DNA of 64,000 nucleotides. Origin: Lachnospiraceae bacterium UBA7205 (GTDB lineage: Bacteria > Bacillota > Clostridia > Lachnospirales > Lachnospiraceae). The translations under genes and the position numbers were made by a program. The notes under the pieces are model-generated. The model was not told the origin of the DNA. It worked only from the letters and a program-made list of their open reading frames with translations, and ran no database searches. The first letter of the stretch is position 1, and the number at the start of each line of letters is the position of its first letter. Positions 10,059 to 20,160 of the stretch are shown in pieces. The stretch is from NCBI GenBank assembly GCA_002490665.1, contig DKUL01000059.1, positions 53,704 to 117,703 on the forward strand. The letters run 5' to 3'.

Positions 10059-11693
10059 ATGGAAGGCAGCGGAGAAATTAAGAGAGCCATAACAGAGGGA
10101 AAGACTGCGCTTGGGATTGAGTTTGGTTCGACAAGGATTAAGGCAGTTCTTGTGACGCAAGATCATGTTCCCATAGCTTCCGGCAGCCATGAGTGGGAAA
10201 ACCAGCTTGAGGGAAATATCTGGACATACAGCCTTGATGATATATGGAAGGGCTTGCAGGATGCTTATGCGCAGATGGCAGGGGATGTAAAAAAACAGTA
10301 TGGAGAAACGCTGACTACGACGGGCGCAATTGGTTTCAGCGGTATGATGCACGGTTATATGGCATTTGACAAAAACGGTGAATTGCTGGTTTCTTTCCGC
10401 ACATGGCGCAATACGATTACGGAAATGGCGGCGCAGAAGCTGACAGAAGAATTTCACTATAATATTCCCCAGAGGTGGAGTATTGCCCATTTGTATCAGG
10501 CGATTTTAAACGGTGAGGAGCATGTAAAGGATATTGCCTTTCTGACGACGCTGGCAGGCTACATTCACTGGAAGTTGACCGGAGAAAAAGTGCTCGGCGT
10601 GGGAGAGGCTTCCGGTATGTTTCCGATTGATGTGCAGACGAAAGACTTTGATAAGAATATGATAGGGCGTTTTGACAAAATGACGGCAGACAGAAATTTT
10701 CCATGGACGCTTTCCCAAATTCTTCCAAAAGTTCTGGTGGCAGGGGAGCACGCAGGAAACCTGACGGAAGAGGGGAGCAGACTGCTGGATGTGAGCGGCA
10801 ATCTGAAGGCGGGGATTCCGCTCTGTCCGCCGGAAGGCGACGCAGGAACGGGAATGGCGGCGACCAACAGCATTGCAAAGCGCACTGGGAATGTATCCGC
10901 AGGAACCAGTATTTTTGCAATGATTGTTTTGGAAAAAGAGCTGACGAAAGTATATCCTGAAATTGACCTTGTCACGACACCCGATGGGAATCTGGTAGGA
11001 ATGGTACACTGCAATAACTGCACTTCCGATCTGAATGCGTGGGTAAATCTTTTTAAGGAATTTGCAGAGAGCCTTGGCATGAAAGTGGATAGAAATGCGT
11101 TATTCGGAACATTATACAAAAAAGCGCTGGAAGGCGATGCTGCGTGCGGAGGCCTGCTTGCCTATAATTACGTTTCAGGGGAACCCGTTACCGGATTTGC
11201 GGAAGGAAGGCCGCTCTTTGTGCGGACGCCGGAGAGCAGTTTTAATCTTGCAAATTTTATGCGTGTCAATCTGTTTACCGCGCTTGCGTCCTTAAAAGTG
11301 GGACTTGATATCATGCTGAAAGAAGAGGGTGTCCGGGTAGACAGGATTTTTGGCCACGGCGGACTTTTCAAGACAAAAGAAGTGGGGCAGAGGATTATGG
11401 CGGCAGCGATGAATGCGCCGGTTTCCGTGATGGAGACTGCGGGAGAAGGCGGCGCGTGGGGAATTGCTCTGCTGGCATCTTATATGCTTCATAAAGAAAA
11501 GGGGGAGTCGCTGGACGCTTACCTGCAAAACAAAGTGTTTGCCGGGCAGACAGGGGAAGAAATGCAGCCGTCGCAGGCGGACGTGGACGGTTTTGATATC
11601 TTTATCGAGCGTTATAAAAAAGGATTTTCCATTGAACGTGCAGCGGTCGAGCATCTAAGAAACGAGTACTGGAACTGCAATATTGACTTGTAG
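10059..11693 (+). CDS. araB: FGGY-family carbohydrate kinase, probable L-ribulokinase
   Basis: [42 protein letters not shown]; follows araA. Start moved to the ATG after GGAGG. Confidence 0.8.
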   Translation: MEGSGEIKRAITEGKTALGIEFGSTRIKAVLVTQDHVPIASGSHEWENQLEGNIWTYSLDDIWKGLQDAYAQMAGDVKKQYGETLTTTGAIGFSGMMHGYMAFDKNGELLVSFRTWRNTITEMAAQKLTEEFHYNIPQRWSIAHLYQAILNGEEHVKDIAFLTTLAGYIHWKLTGEKVLGVGEASGMFPIDVQTKDFDKNMIGRFDKMTADRNFPWTLSQILPKVLVAGEHAGNLTEEGSRLLDVSGNLKAGIPLCPPEGDAGTGMAATNSIAKRTGNVSAGTSIFAMIVLEKELTKVYPEIDLVTTPDGNLVGMVHCNNCTSDLNAWVNLFKEFAESLGMKVDRNALFGTLYKKALEGDAACGGLLAYNYVSGEPVTGFAEGRPLFVRTPESSFNLANFMRVNLFTALASLKVGLDIMLKEEGVRVDRIFGHGGLFKTKEVGQRIMAAAMNAPVSVMETAGEGGAWGIALLASYMLHKEKGESLDAYLQNKVFAGQTGEEMQPSQADVDGFDIFIERYKKGFSIERAAVEHLRNEYWNCNIDL

Positions 11694-11734
11694 GTATGAA
11701 GCAACGTATAAAACGCTTCGGGATGGAGGAAAAA

Positions 11735-12571
11735 ATGAATAACTTAGAACTTGCAAAGGCAGCAAATGAAGTCCGCAAAGGAATTGTGACCAGCGTGCAC
11801 AGCGCAAAAGCAGGGCATCCGGGCGGTTCACTTTCCGCAGCAGATATTTTCACGTTTCTGTATTTTGAGGAAATGAATATAGATCCGAAAAATCCGAAGA
11901 AAGAAGACAGGGACCGTTTTGTGCTGTCCAAAGGACATACGGCACCGGGACTTTATGCTGCTTTGGCAAACAGGGGATTTTTTCCTGTAGAGGATTTAAA
12001 GACACTCCGTAAATTAGGCTCTTATCTTCAGGGGCATCCTGATATGAAACACATTCCGGGTGTGGATATGTCCAGCGGTTCCCTGGGACAAGGGATTTCC
12101 GCAGCAGTGGGCATGGCGCTTGGCGCTAAAATGGACCGCAAAGCTTTTAGGGTATATACACTTCTGGGAGATGGCGAGCTTGAAGAAGGACAGGTCTGGG
12201 AGGCATCAATGTTTGCCGGACATAGAAAACTGGATAATCTCTGCGTGATTATAGATAATAATGGCTTGCAGATTGACGGTAAAGTTGAGGATGTGTGTTC
12301 CCCGTATCCGATTGACAAGAAATTTGAGGCATTCAACTTTCATGTAATCAATGTGGATGCGCATGATTTTGAGGCTTTAAGGGCGGCATTCAAAGAAGCA
12401 AGGGAAATGAAAGGAATGCCGACGGCGATTATCGCACACAGCCTGAAAGGAAAAGGCGTTTCTTTCATGGAAGGAAACTGTGGCTGGCATGGCAAGGCGC
12501 CAAATGATGAAGAATACGCGATCGCAATGGCAGACCTTGAGAAAGTGGGGGCAGAATTATGTCAGAAGTAA
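11735..12571 (+). CDS. Transketolase, N-terminal (TPP-binding) subunit
   Basis: GHPGGS, DRFVLSKGH, LQGHP, GSLGQG, GDGE...WEA motifs. Confidence 0.93.
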   Translation: MNNLELAKAANEVRKGIVTSVHSAKAGHPGGSLSAADIFTFLYFEEMNIDPKNPKKEDRDRFVLSKGHTAPGLYAALANRGFFPVEDLKTLRKLGSYLQGHPDMKHIPGVDMSSGSLGQGISAAVGMALGAKMDRKAFRVYTLLGDGELEEGQVWEASMFAGHRKLDNLCVIIDNNGLQIDGKVEDVCSPYPIDKKFEAFNFHVINVDAHDFEALRAAFKEAREMKGMPTAIIAHSLKGKGVSFMEGNCGWHGKAPNDEEYAIAMADLEKVGAELCQK

Positions 12572-13521
12572 AGACAGACAAAGTTGTTACAAGAATTGCA
12601 ACAAGGGAAAGCTATGGAAATGCCCTTGTGGAGCTGGGAGCAGAATATCCGAATCTGGTTGTTCTGGATGCCGACCTTGCCGCGGCGACCAAGACAGGTA
12701 TTTTTAAGAAAGCATATCCCGACCGGCATATTGACTGCGGCATTGCAGAATGTAACATGACGGGTATCGCGGCAGGACTTTCAACTGTAGGCAAGATTCC
12801 GTTTATCAGTTCCTTTGCCATGTTTGCGGCGGGACGCGCTTTTGAGCAGGTTCGCAATTCCATAGGGTATCCGCATCTGAATGTAAAGATTGGCGCAACC
12901 CATGCAGGAATCACTGTCGGCGAGGATGGGGCATCCCACCAGTGTAATGAGGATCTGGCGTTAATGAGAAGCATTCCCGGAATGGTCGTCATCAATCCGT
13001 CAGATGATGTGGAGGCAAGGGCAGCCATGCGTGCGGCAGTGGCGTATGAAGGTCCTGTATATCTGCGTTTTGGTCGTGCGGCAGTGCCTGTGATCAATGA
13101 CAGGGCGGACTATCACTTTGAGATTGGAAAAGGCGTCCTGCTTCGCGAGGGGACGGATGTTACAATCGTAGCTACCGGAATCTGTGTGGACAGCGTTCTC
13201 GGCGCGGCAGAGAGGCTTGCAGCGGAAGGCGTCAGCGCGGAAGTGATCAATATACATACGATCAAACCGTTTGATAAGGAGCTCGTAGCCGCTTCCGCAA
13301 AAAAGACCGGAAAAGTAGTGACGGTGGAAGAGCATTCCGTGATTGGCGGACTGGGGAGTGCAGTCTGTGACGCGCTTTGTGAACTGGCGCCAACACCTGT
13401 CAGGAAAATCGGTATGCAGGATGTGTTTGGCGAGTCCGGTTCTGCGGCAGCCCTGATTCAGAAGTACGGACTGGATGCGGAAGGCGTGTATAAGAGCGTA
13501 AACGAATTTTTGGCGGTTTAA
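12559..13521 (+). CDS. Transketolase, C-terminal subunit
   Basis: [28 protein letters not shown] motifs; overlaps the N-terminal subunit gene. Confidence 0.93.
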   Translation: MSEVKTDKVVTRIATRESYGNALVELGAEYPNLVVLDADLAAATKTGIFKKAYPDRHIDCGIAECNMTGIAAGLSTVGKIPFISSFAMFAAGRAFEQVRNSIGYPHLNVKIGATHAGITVGEDGASHQCNEDLALMRSIPGMVVINPSDDVEARAAMRAAVAYEGPVYLRFGRAAVPVINDRADYHFEIGKGVLLREGTDVTIVATGICVDSVLGAAERLAAEGVSAEVINIHTIKPFDKELVAASAKKTGKVVTVEEHSVIGGLGSAVCDALCELAPTPVRKIGMQDVFGESGSAAALIQKYGLDAEGVYKSVNEFLAV

Positions 13522-13550
13522 AATGCAAAGATAAATGCGGAGGAGTGTCA

Positions 13551-15653
13551 ATGAAAAAGAAACTAATGCTGCACAATAAAGGGACAAATTATTTCCTATT
13601 CAGCATCAGAAATAAAATAATCATTTGTTTTCTGGTTCCCTTATCCTTTATGATTATCATTGGGTATTCTGCATATCAGAAGGCGGCAGAGGGAATGCAG
13701 CAGAAATTTCAGGAATCGACACTTCAGACCCTAAGAATGGTGACAGAGTATGTGGACATGGGCTGTGACTTTATTGAGGCAGAGGGAACCAAGTACGCTT
13801 TTAATACCGAGCTGGCAAAGTACTATCTGGGTTTTTTTGAGGATGATTTGATTGGAAAAAAGGATTTGATCGAGAAAACGAAATATGATATTCTGTCTGC
13901 CCAGATTATCAACCCATTTATCAGCAATATACATATTATTACCATGGAAGGAATTTCTATGCTTTCGACCAGGGATACAGCTTCCGCAGATGGTTTTTAT
14001 GAAAGCTATATGGAATCCATGTCAACGGGGGACAGTACAATTGACAAATGGGTTGACAGACATACGATATTGGATGAATATCTGGGACTCGATGAAAATG
14101 ACTATATTCTGTCCCTGCAGGTTCTGTCCCAGTCTAAGAATGCGTGTATTGTGATTGATGTGAAACAGGAGGAGATCAAGAAGCTTTTGGAGAATCTGGA
14201 CATCGGCGAGGGCAGTATGGTCGGTTTTGTTACTGGAAGTGGAAAAGAGATTGTCTGTGTGAAAGCAGCAGAGGGACAGGAAAGTGACCTGGTGGAAGGC
14301 GGAAATGTATTTTGGGGACAGGAGTTTTATGCCGGTATCAGCAATGAGACTGATGAGTCTGTCGGGGAAGAATTATTGGAAGGCTCTAAGGAAGTATCAT
14401 TAGACGGGAAAAAATATCTGTTCCTTTTCAGCAAAAGTGAAAAAATAGGAGCAACCGTGTGTGCGTTGATTCCGGTTTCCGTTGTCACGAACCAGGCGGG
14501 TGAAATAGGCAGTCTGACAATTGTTCTGGTGCTCATTGCAAGTGCGATTGTTTTATGTGTAGGATTTGTGACAGTATCAGGTATTCAAAATAATATGAAG
14601 CGCATCTCAAAGAAGTTTGGAGAGGTGGAAAAAGGAGATTTAACAGTAAAAATTGCGGTAAAGGGCCGGGACGAGTTCAGAGGGCTTGCCGGTTCTGCCA
14701 CACACATGATTGCAAATACAAAGAATCTTGTGAACAAAGTGAGATATGCGACTGTCCAGCTGGGGGAATCTGCCAATGACGTAAACGCAGTTTCCGGCGT
14801 GATTGAAGAACACTCCCATGAAATAACAAAAGCTGTCAGGGAAATTAATGCGGGTATGGCGAAGCAGTCAGAGCACGCGCAGGAATGTGTGGCAAAGACA
14901 GATATATTGTCCGGTGAAATCCAGAAAGTCGGTCATATTCTAGGAGATGTTGAAAAAATGGTAAGGGCGACAGATGGCATGATTGCCCATGGAATGGAAC
15001 TGATTCAGGTTTTGGGCAGCAGGGCGGCGGAAACAACTGATATTACGGACAAGGTCAGCGAGAGCATTGATGTGCTAAGCGAAGAAAATCAGAAAATCAA
15101 TGCATTTGTGGAAATCATTACAGACATCAGCGAACAGACAAACCTGCTTTCTTTAAACGCTTCCATTGAGGCTGCGAGAGCCGGAGCGGCAGGGCGTGGA
15201 TTTTCGGTAGTCGCAGAAGAGATTCGCAAGCTGGCGGATGATTCGGCAAGGGCGGCAGGTGAAGTACGTAATAATGTAAAACAGATTAACACACAGGTTA
15301 GGAACAGCATGGAAAATGCAGGTCAGGCGCGTTCCATGGTTGATCTGCAATCGAAATCTGTTGGGGAAGTCATTGCTGTATTTCACAAGATGCAGGAACA
15401 CATGAACCAGCTTGTGGAAGGGCTGGATCATATCATGAACAGTATGGAAAGTGCGGACAGCGAGAGAAGCGACACGGTAAATGCAGTAAAACATATTTCT
15501 GACATCATAGAGTCCGCCGCCGCCAGTGCCGAGGTCGTCAATGAAGTCGCGGACGGTCTGATGAGAAATGTTACAAATCTGGGACGCACAGCAGCGACGC
15601 TCGGCGAGAATATGGAGGAATTGAGGGCAGAAATCTCTGTTTTTAAAACATGA
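13551..15653 (+). CDS. Methyl-accepting chemotaxis protein (extracellular sensor domain, HAMP)
   Basis: Two TMs flanking a sensor domain, HAMP (GDLTV...DEFRGL), signalling hairpin [17 protein letters not shown]. Confidence 0.92.
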   Translation: MKKKLMLHNKGTNYFLFSIRNKIIICFLVPLSFMIIIGYSAYQKAAEGMQQKFQESTLQTLRMVTEYVDMGCDFIEAEGTKYAFNTELAKYYLGFFEDDLIGKKDLIEKTKYDILSAQIINPFISNIHIITMEGISMLSTRDTASADGFYESYMESMSTGDSTIDKWVDRHTILDEYLGLDENDYILSLQVLSQSKNACIVIDVKQEEIKKLLENLDIGEGSMVGFVTGSGKEIVCVKAAEGQESDLVEGGNVFWGQEFYAGISNETDESVGEELLEGSKEVSLDGKKYLFLFSKSEKIGATVCALIPVSVVTNQAGEIGSLTIVLVLIASAIVLCVGFVTVSGIQNNMKRISKKFGEVEKGDLTVKIAVKGRDEFRGLAGSATHMIANTKNLVNKVRYATVQLGESANDVNAVSGVIEEHSHEITKAVREINAGMAKQSEHAQECVAKTDILSGEIQKVGHILGDVEKMVRATDGMIAHGMELIQVLGSRAAETTDITDKVSESIDVLSEENQKINAFVEIITDISEQTNLLSLNASIEAARAGAAGRGFSVVAEEIRKLADDSARAAGEVRNNVKQINTQVRNSMENAGQARSMVDLQSKSVGEVIAVFHKMQEHMNQLVEGLDHIMNSMESADSERSDTVNAVKHISDIIESAAASAEVVNEVADGLMRNVTNLGRTAATLGENMEELRAEISVFKT

Positions 15654-15697
15654 ATCGTTCAAATGGATTTGGAAACGGCAGGGAAAGGAAATAAGAC

Positions 15698-15997
15698 ATG
15701 GTAAGCAGAAATATTATTTTGAAGAATCAGAAGGAGACGATAGAATTTGTTTCAATTGTTGAGCAGTATCCCTATTCAGTAACAATCTGTGCTGGTCATT
15801 GTACCATGAATGCAAAGTCGATTCTTGGAATGCTGGCTATGGGCTTTCATCGTATCATGAAAATGGATATCCATGCTGAGACAGCCGATGATTTGCTTGG
15901 GGCAGTCGGTAAATTTATCTGTAGGGAGAATAGGCAGTCGGTTTTGTGTTGTTGCAATTATTTGTCTAATGCATTAATTTCTTCGTCTATCACATGA
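15698..15997 (+). CDS. HPr-like phosphocarrier-family protein lacking His15
   Basis: NAKSILGM (Ser46 motif) present; no His15 segment. Confidence 0.7.
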   Translation: MVSRNIILKNQKETIEFVSIVEQYPYSVTICAGHCTMNAKSILGMLAMGFHRIMKMDIHAETADDLLGAVGKFICRENRQSVLCCCNYLSNALISSSIT

Positions 15998-16050
15998 AAT
16001 TTCATGGAACACGAAACACCCCATATATTTCACAAAATAAACACACCAAA

Positions 16051-16083
16051 TTTAAGCTTCACTTAAGCTTGCCGCCATATACT
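16051..16083 (+). promoter_or_regulatory. CiaR-like direct-repeat box plus -10 element
   Basis: TTTAAG-N5-CTTAAG followed 10 bp later by TATACT, upstream of the VTC operon. Confidence 0.65.
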
Positions 16084-16184
16084 TTTCTCATCACAAACCA
16101 ATATGCATATGGGGTACTATAGATGACATTACATTGCTGTTATTGCGTTTGTGCAAATTCAAGATTGGTGAATGGAGGAGTATA

Positions 16185-16955
16185 ATGGCATATCAGGCAG
16201 TTTTTAAACGTTATGAGATGAAATATAAGATGACAAGGAAGCAGCGGGCTGCGGTATTAGAAGCAATGCTTCCGCATATGCGGCTCGACGATTTCGGGCA
16301 TACGACCATCCGAAATATCTATTTCGATACGGATACATACCGGCTGGTGCGGCGTTCCATAGAGAAGCCGGTTTATAAAGAAAAGCTGCGCATCAGGAGT
16401 TACAGACAGGCAGCGCCGCAGGATAAGGTTTTTATCGAGCTTAAGAAAAAATATGATGATGTGGTCTATAAGCGGCGCGAGTCACTTTCCCAGATTGAAA
16501 CCCTGGAATGGCTGGTGAAGGGAACGCCGTTTCCAAAAGCGACACAGATAGGAACTGAAATTGATTATTTTTTTTCATTTTACCAGACACTGAAACCAAA
16601 GGTGTTTCTGTCCTATGAGCGCGAAGCATTTTATGCGCTGGACGGCAGCGACTTCCGCGTGACGTTTGATGAAAATATCCTTGCCCGCCAGGAAGAGCTT
16701 TCCCTCTCGCGGGAGGTGTGGGGAGAGCCGCTGATGGATGAGGACGACGTGCTGATGGAAATCAAGACTTCGGGCGGCATTCCGCTCTGGATGACGGAGG
16801 CGCTGACGCGTGAAAAAATTTACAAGACATCTTTTTCAAAATATGGGACAGCATACGAAAATATATACTGGCGCTCGAAAAGACTGACCGCCCAGCATAA
16901 GGTGATGGGCAGACAGACGAATAGCCAGTACACTGGCAGGATATTTATAGCCTGA
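16185..16955 (+). CDS. VTC-domain (polyphosphate polymerase / CYTH-like) protein
   Basis: RYEMKY, IRNIYFDT, EKLRIRSY, FIELKKK, YEREAF, RVTFD, LMEIK, FSKY motifs; start after GGAGGAG. Confidence 0.85.
   Translation: MAYQAVFKRYEMKYKMTRKQRAAVLEAMLPHMRLDDFGHTTIRNIYFDTDTYRLVRRSIEKPVYKEKLRIRSYRQAAPQDKVFIELKKKYDDVVYKRRESLSQIETLEWLVKGTPFPKATQIGTEIDYFFSFYQTLKPKVFLSYEREAFYALDGSDFRVTFDENILARQEELSLSREVWGEPLMDEDDVLMEIKTSGGIPLWMTEALTREKIYKTSFSKYGTAYENIYWRSKRLTAQHKVMGRQTNSQYTGRIFIA
16863..16933. repeat. REP-like palindromic element, copy 1 (inside the VTC gene 3' end)
   Basis: 16863-16895 matches 39040-39072 at 31/33 nt; 16863-16933 folds into a long imperfect hairpin. Confidence 0.6.
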
Positions 16956-16969
16956 GGAGGAGAGGAAAA

Positions 16970-17665
16970 ATGGAAAATATTTTCAGGGGATTGTTTGACG
17001 CGGAGACGGCAAGCATCATATCAGTTGCCGATTTTATGATTTGCATTGTCAGTTCGCTTGTTATAGGATTGATAATATCAGTGATGTACATGTACAGGAA
17101 TACATACTCCAAAAGCTTTATCGTGACGATTGCCACCATTCCTGCGATTGTGTGCGCAGTGATTATGATGGTGAACGGAAATGTGGGCGCGGGCGTGGCA
17201 GTAGCAGGGGCTTTCAGTCTGGTAAGGTTCCGCTCCGCACCGGGGACGGCAAAGGAAATCGGCGTGTTGTTCATGGCGATGGGGGCAGGAATTATCACCG
17301 GAATGGGATATATTGCGTATGCGTTTCTGTTTGCTGTCATTATGGGGCTTGTCGACATGCTCTATGCACAGATAGGCTTCGGGACAAAGAAGCATGCGGA
17401 CTTGGACAGGACACTGCATGTCACAATACCGGAGGATTTGGATTATGTGGAAGTGTTTGACGACTTGTTTGCCCGGTTCACGAAAAAAAGTGAGCTTGTC
17501 AACGTGAAAACGACCAATATGGGAAGCCTGTTTAAGCTGACCTATCATATAACATTTCAGGAATCAGGCACGGAGAAGGCTTTCATTGATGCCGTGCGCT
17601 GCCGGAATGGGAATCTGGAAATTGCACTGTCAAACCAGGAGAGCAGCATAACGGACATGATGTGA
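16970..17665 (+). CDS. DUF4956 membrane protein
   Basis: VNGNVGAGVAVAGAFSLVRFRSAPGTAKEI motif; TM helices; C-terminal soluble domain. Confidence 0.85.
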   Translation: MENIFRGLFDAETASIISVADFMICIVSSLVIGLIISVMYMYRNTYSKSFIVTIATIPAIVCAVIMMVNGNVGAGVAVAGAFSLVRFRSAPGTAKEIGVLFMAMGAGIITGMGYIAYAFLFAVIMGLVDMLYAQIGFGTKKHADLDRTLHVTIPEDLDYVEVFDDLFARFTKKSELVNVKTTNMGSLFKLTYHITFQESGTEKAFIDAVRCRNGNLEIALSNQESSITDMM

Positions 17666-17733
17666 GATATTTCCTTGCCGGATTGCTGGCGAGTATCAGG
17701 GGAAAATGTAATGTTGGAAAAAGGAGTACAATA

Positions 17734-19362
17734 ATGGGGCGATGGAATAAAAAGCAGTATTGGATGATGGCAGTATGCCTTCTTGCGGCCGTGTCTGCAA
17801 CGGCATGTGCGAATGATGGGACGGTGAATGTAAATGCTGCCAGTGAGAATAATGAAAGTGACACAAATGTCATTTCGGACGTGGTGGCGGATGAGTCCGG
17901 ACTTTTCTCGAAGCGTGACCTGGGCGGGGAATATGATGCATCAAAATGTGAACATATCACGCTTTCTGATGCAGGCTGCACGACGGATTCCAAGAATGTG
18001 GTGATAGAGGAGAGCAGGGTCACGATAACAGGGGAAGGGGACTATCTGGTAAGTGGTTCGCTCAGTGACGGAATGATTACCGTGGATGTCGACAAGACCG
18101 AAAAGGTTCAACTGGTGCTGGACGGTGTGGACATCAGCTGTGCGACGTCGGCTGCCATCTATGTAAAAAGCGCAGACAAGGTGTTTGTCACGCTTCCCGA
18201 CGCAACAGAAAACACACTCACAAACGGCGGTTCCTTTGTGGCAGTGGACGATAATAACATTGACGCGGTAATCTTTTCAAAGGATGATTTGACACTCAAT
18301 GGAACAGGAAAGCTTACAGTCGATTCCCCTGCCGGGCATGGAATCGTGTCAAAAAATGACCTTGTCATCGCGGATGGGACATATGATATTACTGCTGCAT
18401 GTCATGGGATGACTGGAAAGGACAGCGTGGCTGTCGCGGACGGTGATTTTCACATTCAGGCGGGAGAGGATGCCATAAAATCGGACAATAATGATGATGA
18501 CACAATGGGCAGTGTGCATATTCTGGGCGGAACTTATACGCTCGCAGGCGAGAGCGATGGGATCAATGCCCTAAATGAAATCAACATTTCCGGTGGTAAA
18601 ATCGTCGTGGAGCAGTCCGGTGAGGGGATTGAGGCGCGGATTATCAATATCTCCGGTGGGGAAATTGACATCATGTCGTCTGATGACGGATTAAATGCCA
18701 CGGACAAACGCCAGTCCGCAAAGGAGGAGACAGCCGATGTCCAGGCGGCGGACAAAAAAGGCGGTCGTGGCGGAATGAGTGACAATGACCCGGAAGCATC
18801 CATCAATATTTCGGGAGGCGTTCTGCGCGTGGATGCCGAGGGCGACGGTCTTGACTCGAACGGTTATATCCTGGTAAGCGGCGGGGAAGTTTATGTGACG
18901 GGACCTTCTCATGGCGGTGATGCCGCGCTTGACTATGGGATTGATGCCACGATAACGGGCGGAATCGTGGTGGCGGCAGGACAGGGCAGTATGGCGCAGA
19001 ATTTCGGCGCGGATTCGACACAGGGCAGTATTCTGGTAAGCACGCAGCAGCAGAATGTGGCAGGAAGCGACATTACTCTTTTGGACGCGGATGGCGGTGA
19101 AATTCTTGCATGGACAATGAAAAAAAGTTATAATTCAGTTACAATCAGCTGCCCGGAAATTAAGTCCGACGGTTCGTACACTGTGAAAATGGGTGAAAAC
19201 GCAGTGGATGTGGCTATGGACGGACTCATATACGGACAAGGATTTTCCTTTGGCGGAGGAAAACGCGGATTTGGCAGCGGGAAGAGACAGGGAGAACGCC
19301 CGGAAGGAATGCCGGAACCGCCCGATATGCCGAACGGAGAGAAGATGAACCGGACAGAATAA
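17734..19362 (+). CDS. DUF4353 / Cthe_2159-like carbohydrate-binding beta-helix lipoprotein
   Basis: Lipobox ATAC; ITGEGDYLVSGSLSDG, LVLDGVDI, repeated GDG(I/L)D/N beta-helix turns; G/P/E-rich tail. Confidence 0.8.
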   Translation: MGRWNKKQYWMMAVCLLAAVSATACANDGTVNVNAASENNESDTNVISDVVADESGLFSKRDLGGEYDASKCEHITLSDAGCTTDSKNVVIEESRVTITGEGDYLVSGSLSDGMITVDVDKTEKVQLVLDGVDISCATSAAIYVKSADKVFVTLPDATENTLTNGGSFVAVDDNNIDAVIFSKDDLTLNGTGKLTVDSPAGHGIVSKNDLVIADGTYDITAACHGMTGKDSVAVADGDFHIQAGEDAIKSDNNDDDTMGSVHILGGTYTLAGESDGINALNEINISGGKIVVEQSGEGIEARIINISGGEIDIMSSDDGLNATDKRQSAKEETADVQAADKKGGRGGMSDNDPEASINISGGVLRVDAEGDGLDSNGYILVSGGEVYVTGPSHGGDAALDYGIDATITGGIVVAAGQGSMAQNFGADSTQGSILVSTQQQNVAGSDITLLDADGGEILAWTMKKSYNSVTISCPEIKSDGSYTVKMGENAVDVAMDGLIYGQGFSFGGGKRGFGSGKRQGERPEGMPEPPDMPNGEKMNRTE

Positions 19363-19402
19363 GCCGGATAGGCTGTCCCGAAGTTTGAGGAGGAAACTTA
19401 CC

Positions 19403-20101
19403 ATGAGACTCTTACTTGCAGAGGACGAGGCATCGCTGTCAAAAGCGATTGTGACAATCCTCAGACGCAGCAATTATACAGTGGATGCGGCATGCGATGG
19501 CGTGGAGGCGCTGGAATTTCTGGAAATGAATTCGTATGACGGCGTCATTCTGGACGTGATGATGCCGCGCATGGACGGAATCAGCGTCCTGCAGGAGATC
19601 CGCAAAGCGGGAAACCAGGTGCCGGTCATCCTGCTCACGGCAAAGGCGGAGGTGGACGACAAGGTACTGGGACTTGACAGCGGCGCAAATGATTATCTCA
19701 CCAAGCCGTTTGCGTCAAAGGAGCTTCTGGCGCGCATCCGCGCCATGACAAGAAGCGCTGCGTCGGCAGTACAGCCCGATACGAAGCTGCGGTTTGGCAA
19801 TCTCTCGCTGGACTGTGCAACGTTTGAACTGTCCTCGCCGTTCGGGACATTTGTCCTTGCGAACAAGGAATTCCAGATGCTGGAATTTCTGATGCGCAAC
19901 CCGAGACAGATTATTTCCGCAGAGCAGTTTATGGACAAAATATGGGGCTTTGAGGCAAATGCGGAGAGTAATGTCGTGTGGACATATATTTCTTATCTGC
20001 GCAAGAAGCTCACGGCGCTCAAGGCAGACGTGGAAATCAGGGCAAGGCGCGGGGCAGGATATTCCATCGAGCATCTGAGGACGGAAACATCAGCTGACTG
20101 A
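19403..20101 (+). CDS. OmpR-family response regulator (CiaR-like)
   Basis: LLAEDE, ILDVMMP, DYLTKPF; winged helix with NVVWTYISYLRKKL. Confidence 0.92.
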   Translation: MRLLLAEDEASLSKAIVTILRRSNYTVDAACDGVEALEFLEMNSYDGVILDVMMPRMDGISVLQEIRKAGNQVPVILLTAKAEVDDKVLGLDSGANDYLTKPFASKELLARIRAMTRSAASAVQPDTKLRFGNLSLDCATFELSSPFGTFVLANKEFQMLEFLMRNPRQIISAEQFMDKIWGFEANAESNVVWTYISYLRKKLTALKADVEIRARRGAGYSIEHLRTETSAD

Positions 20102-20160
20102 AAAAAGTTTTCCGGTAGGCATGGCGCCGGTGTTGGAACATGCAGCGTTTGGAGGGGTAT

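Noticed and set aside
9372-10490. 372-aa minus-strand ORF
   Set aside because: Antisense shadow of araA and the kinase; no recognisable motifs.
16170-16187. GAATGGAGGAGTATAATG identical to the mutS2 translation start region (minus strand, about 38723-38740)
   Set aside because: Explained by Shine-Dalgarno plus start-codon constraints; no further flanking similarity.
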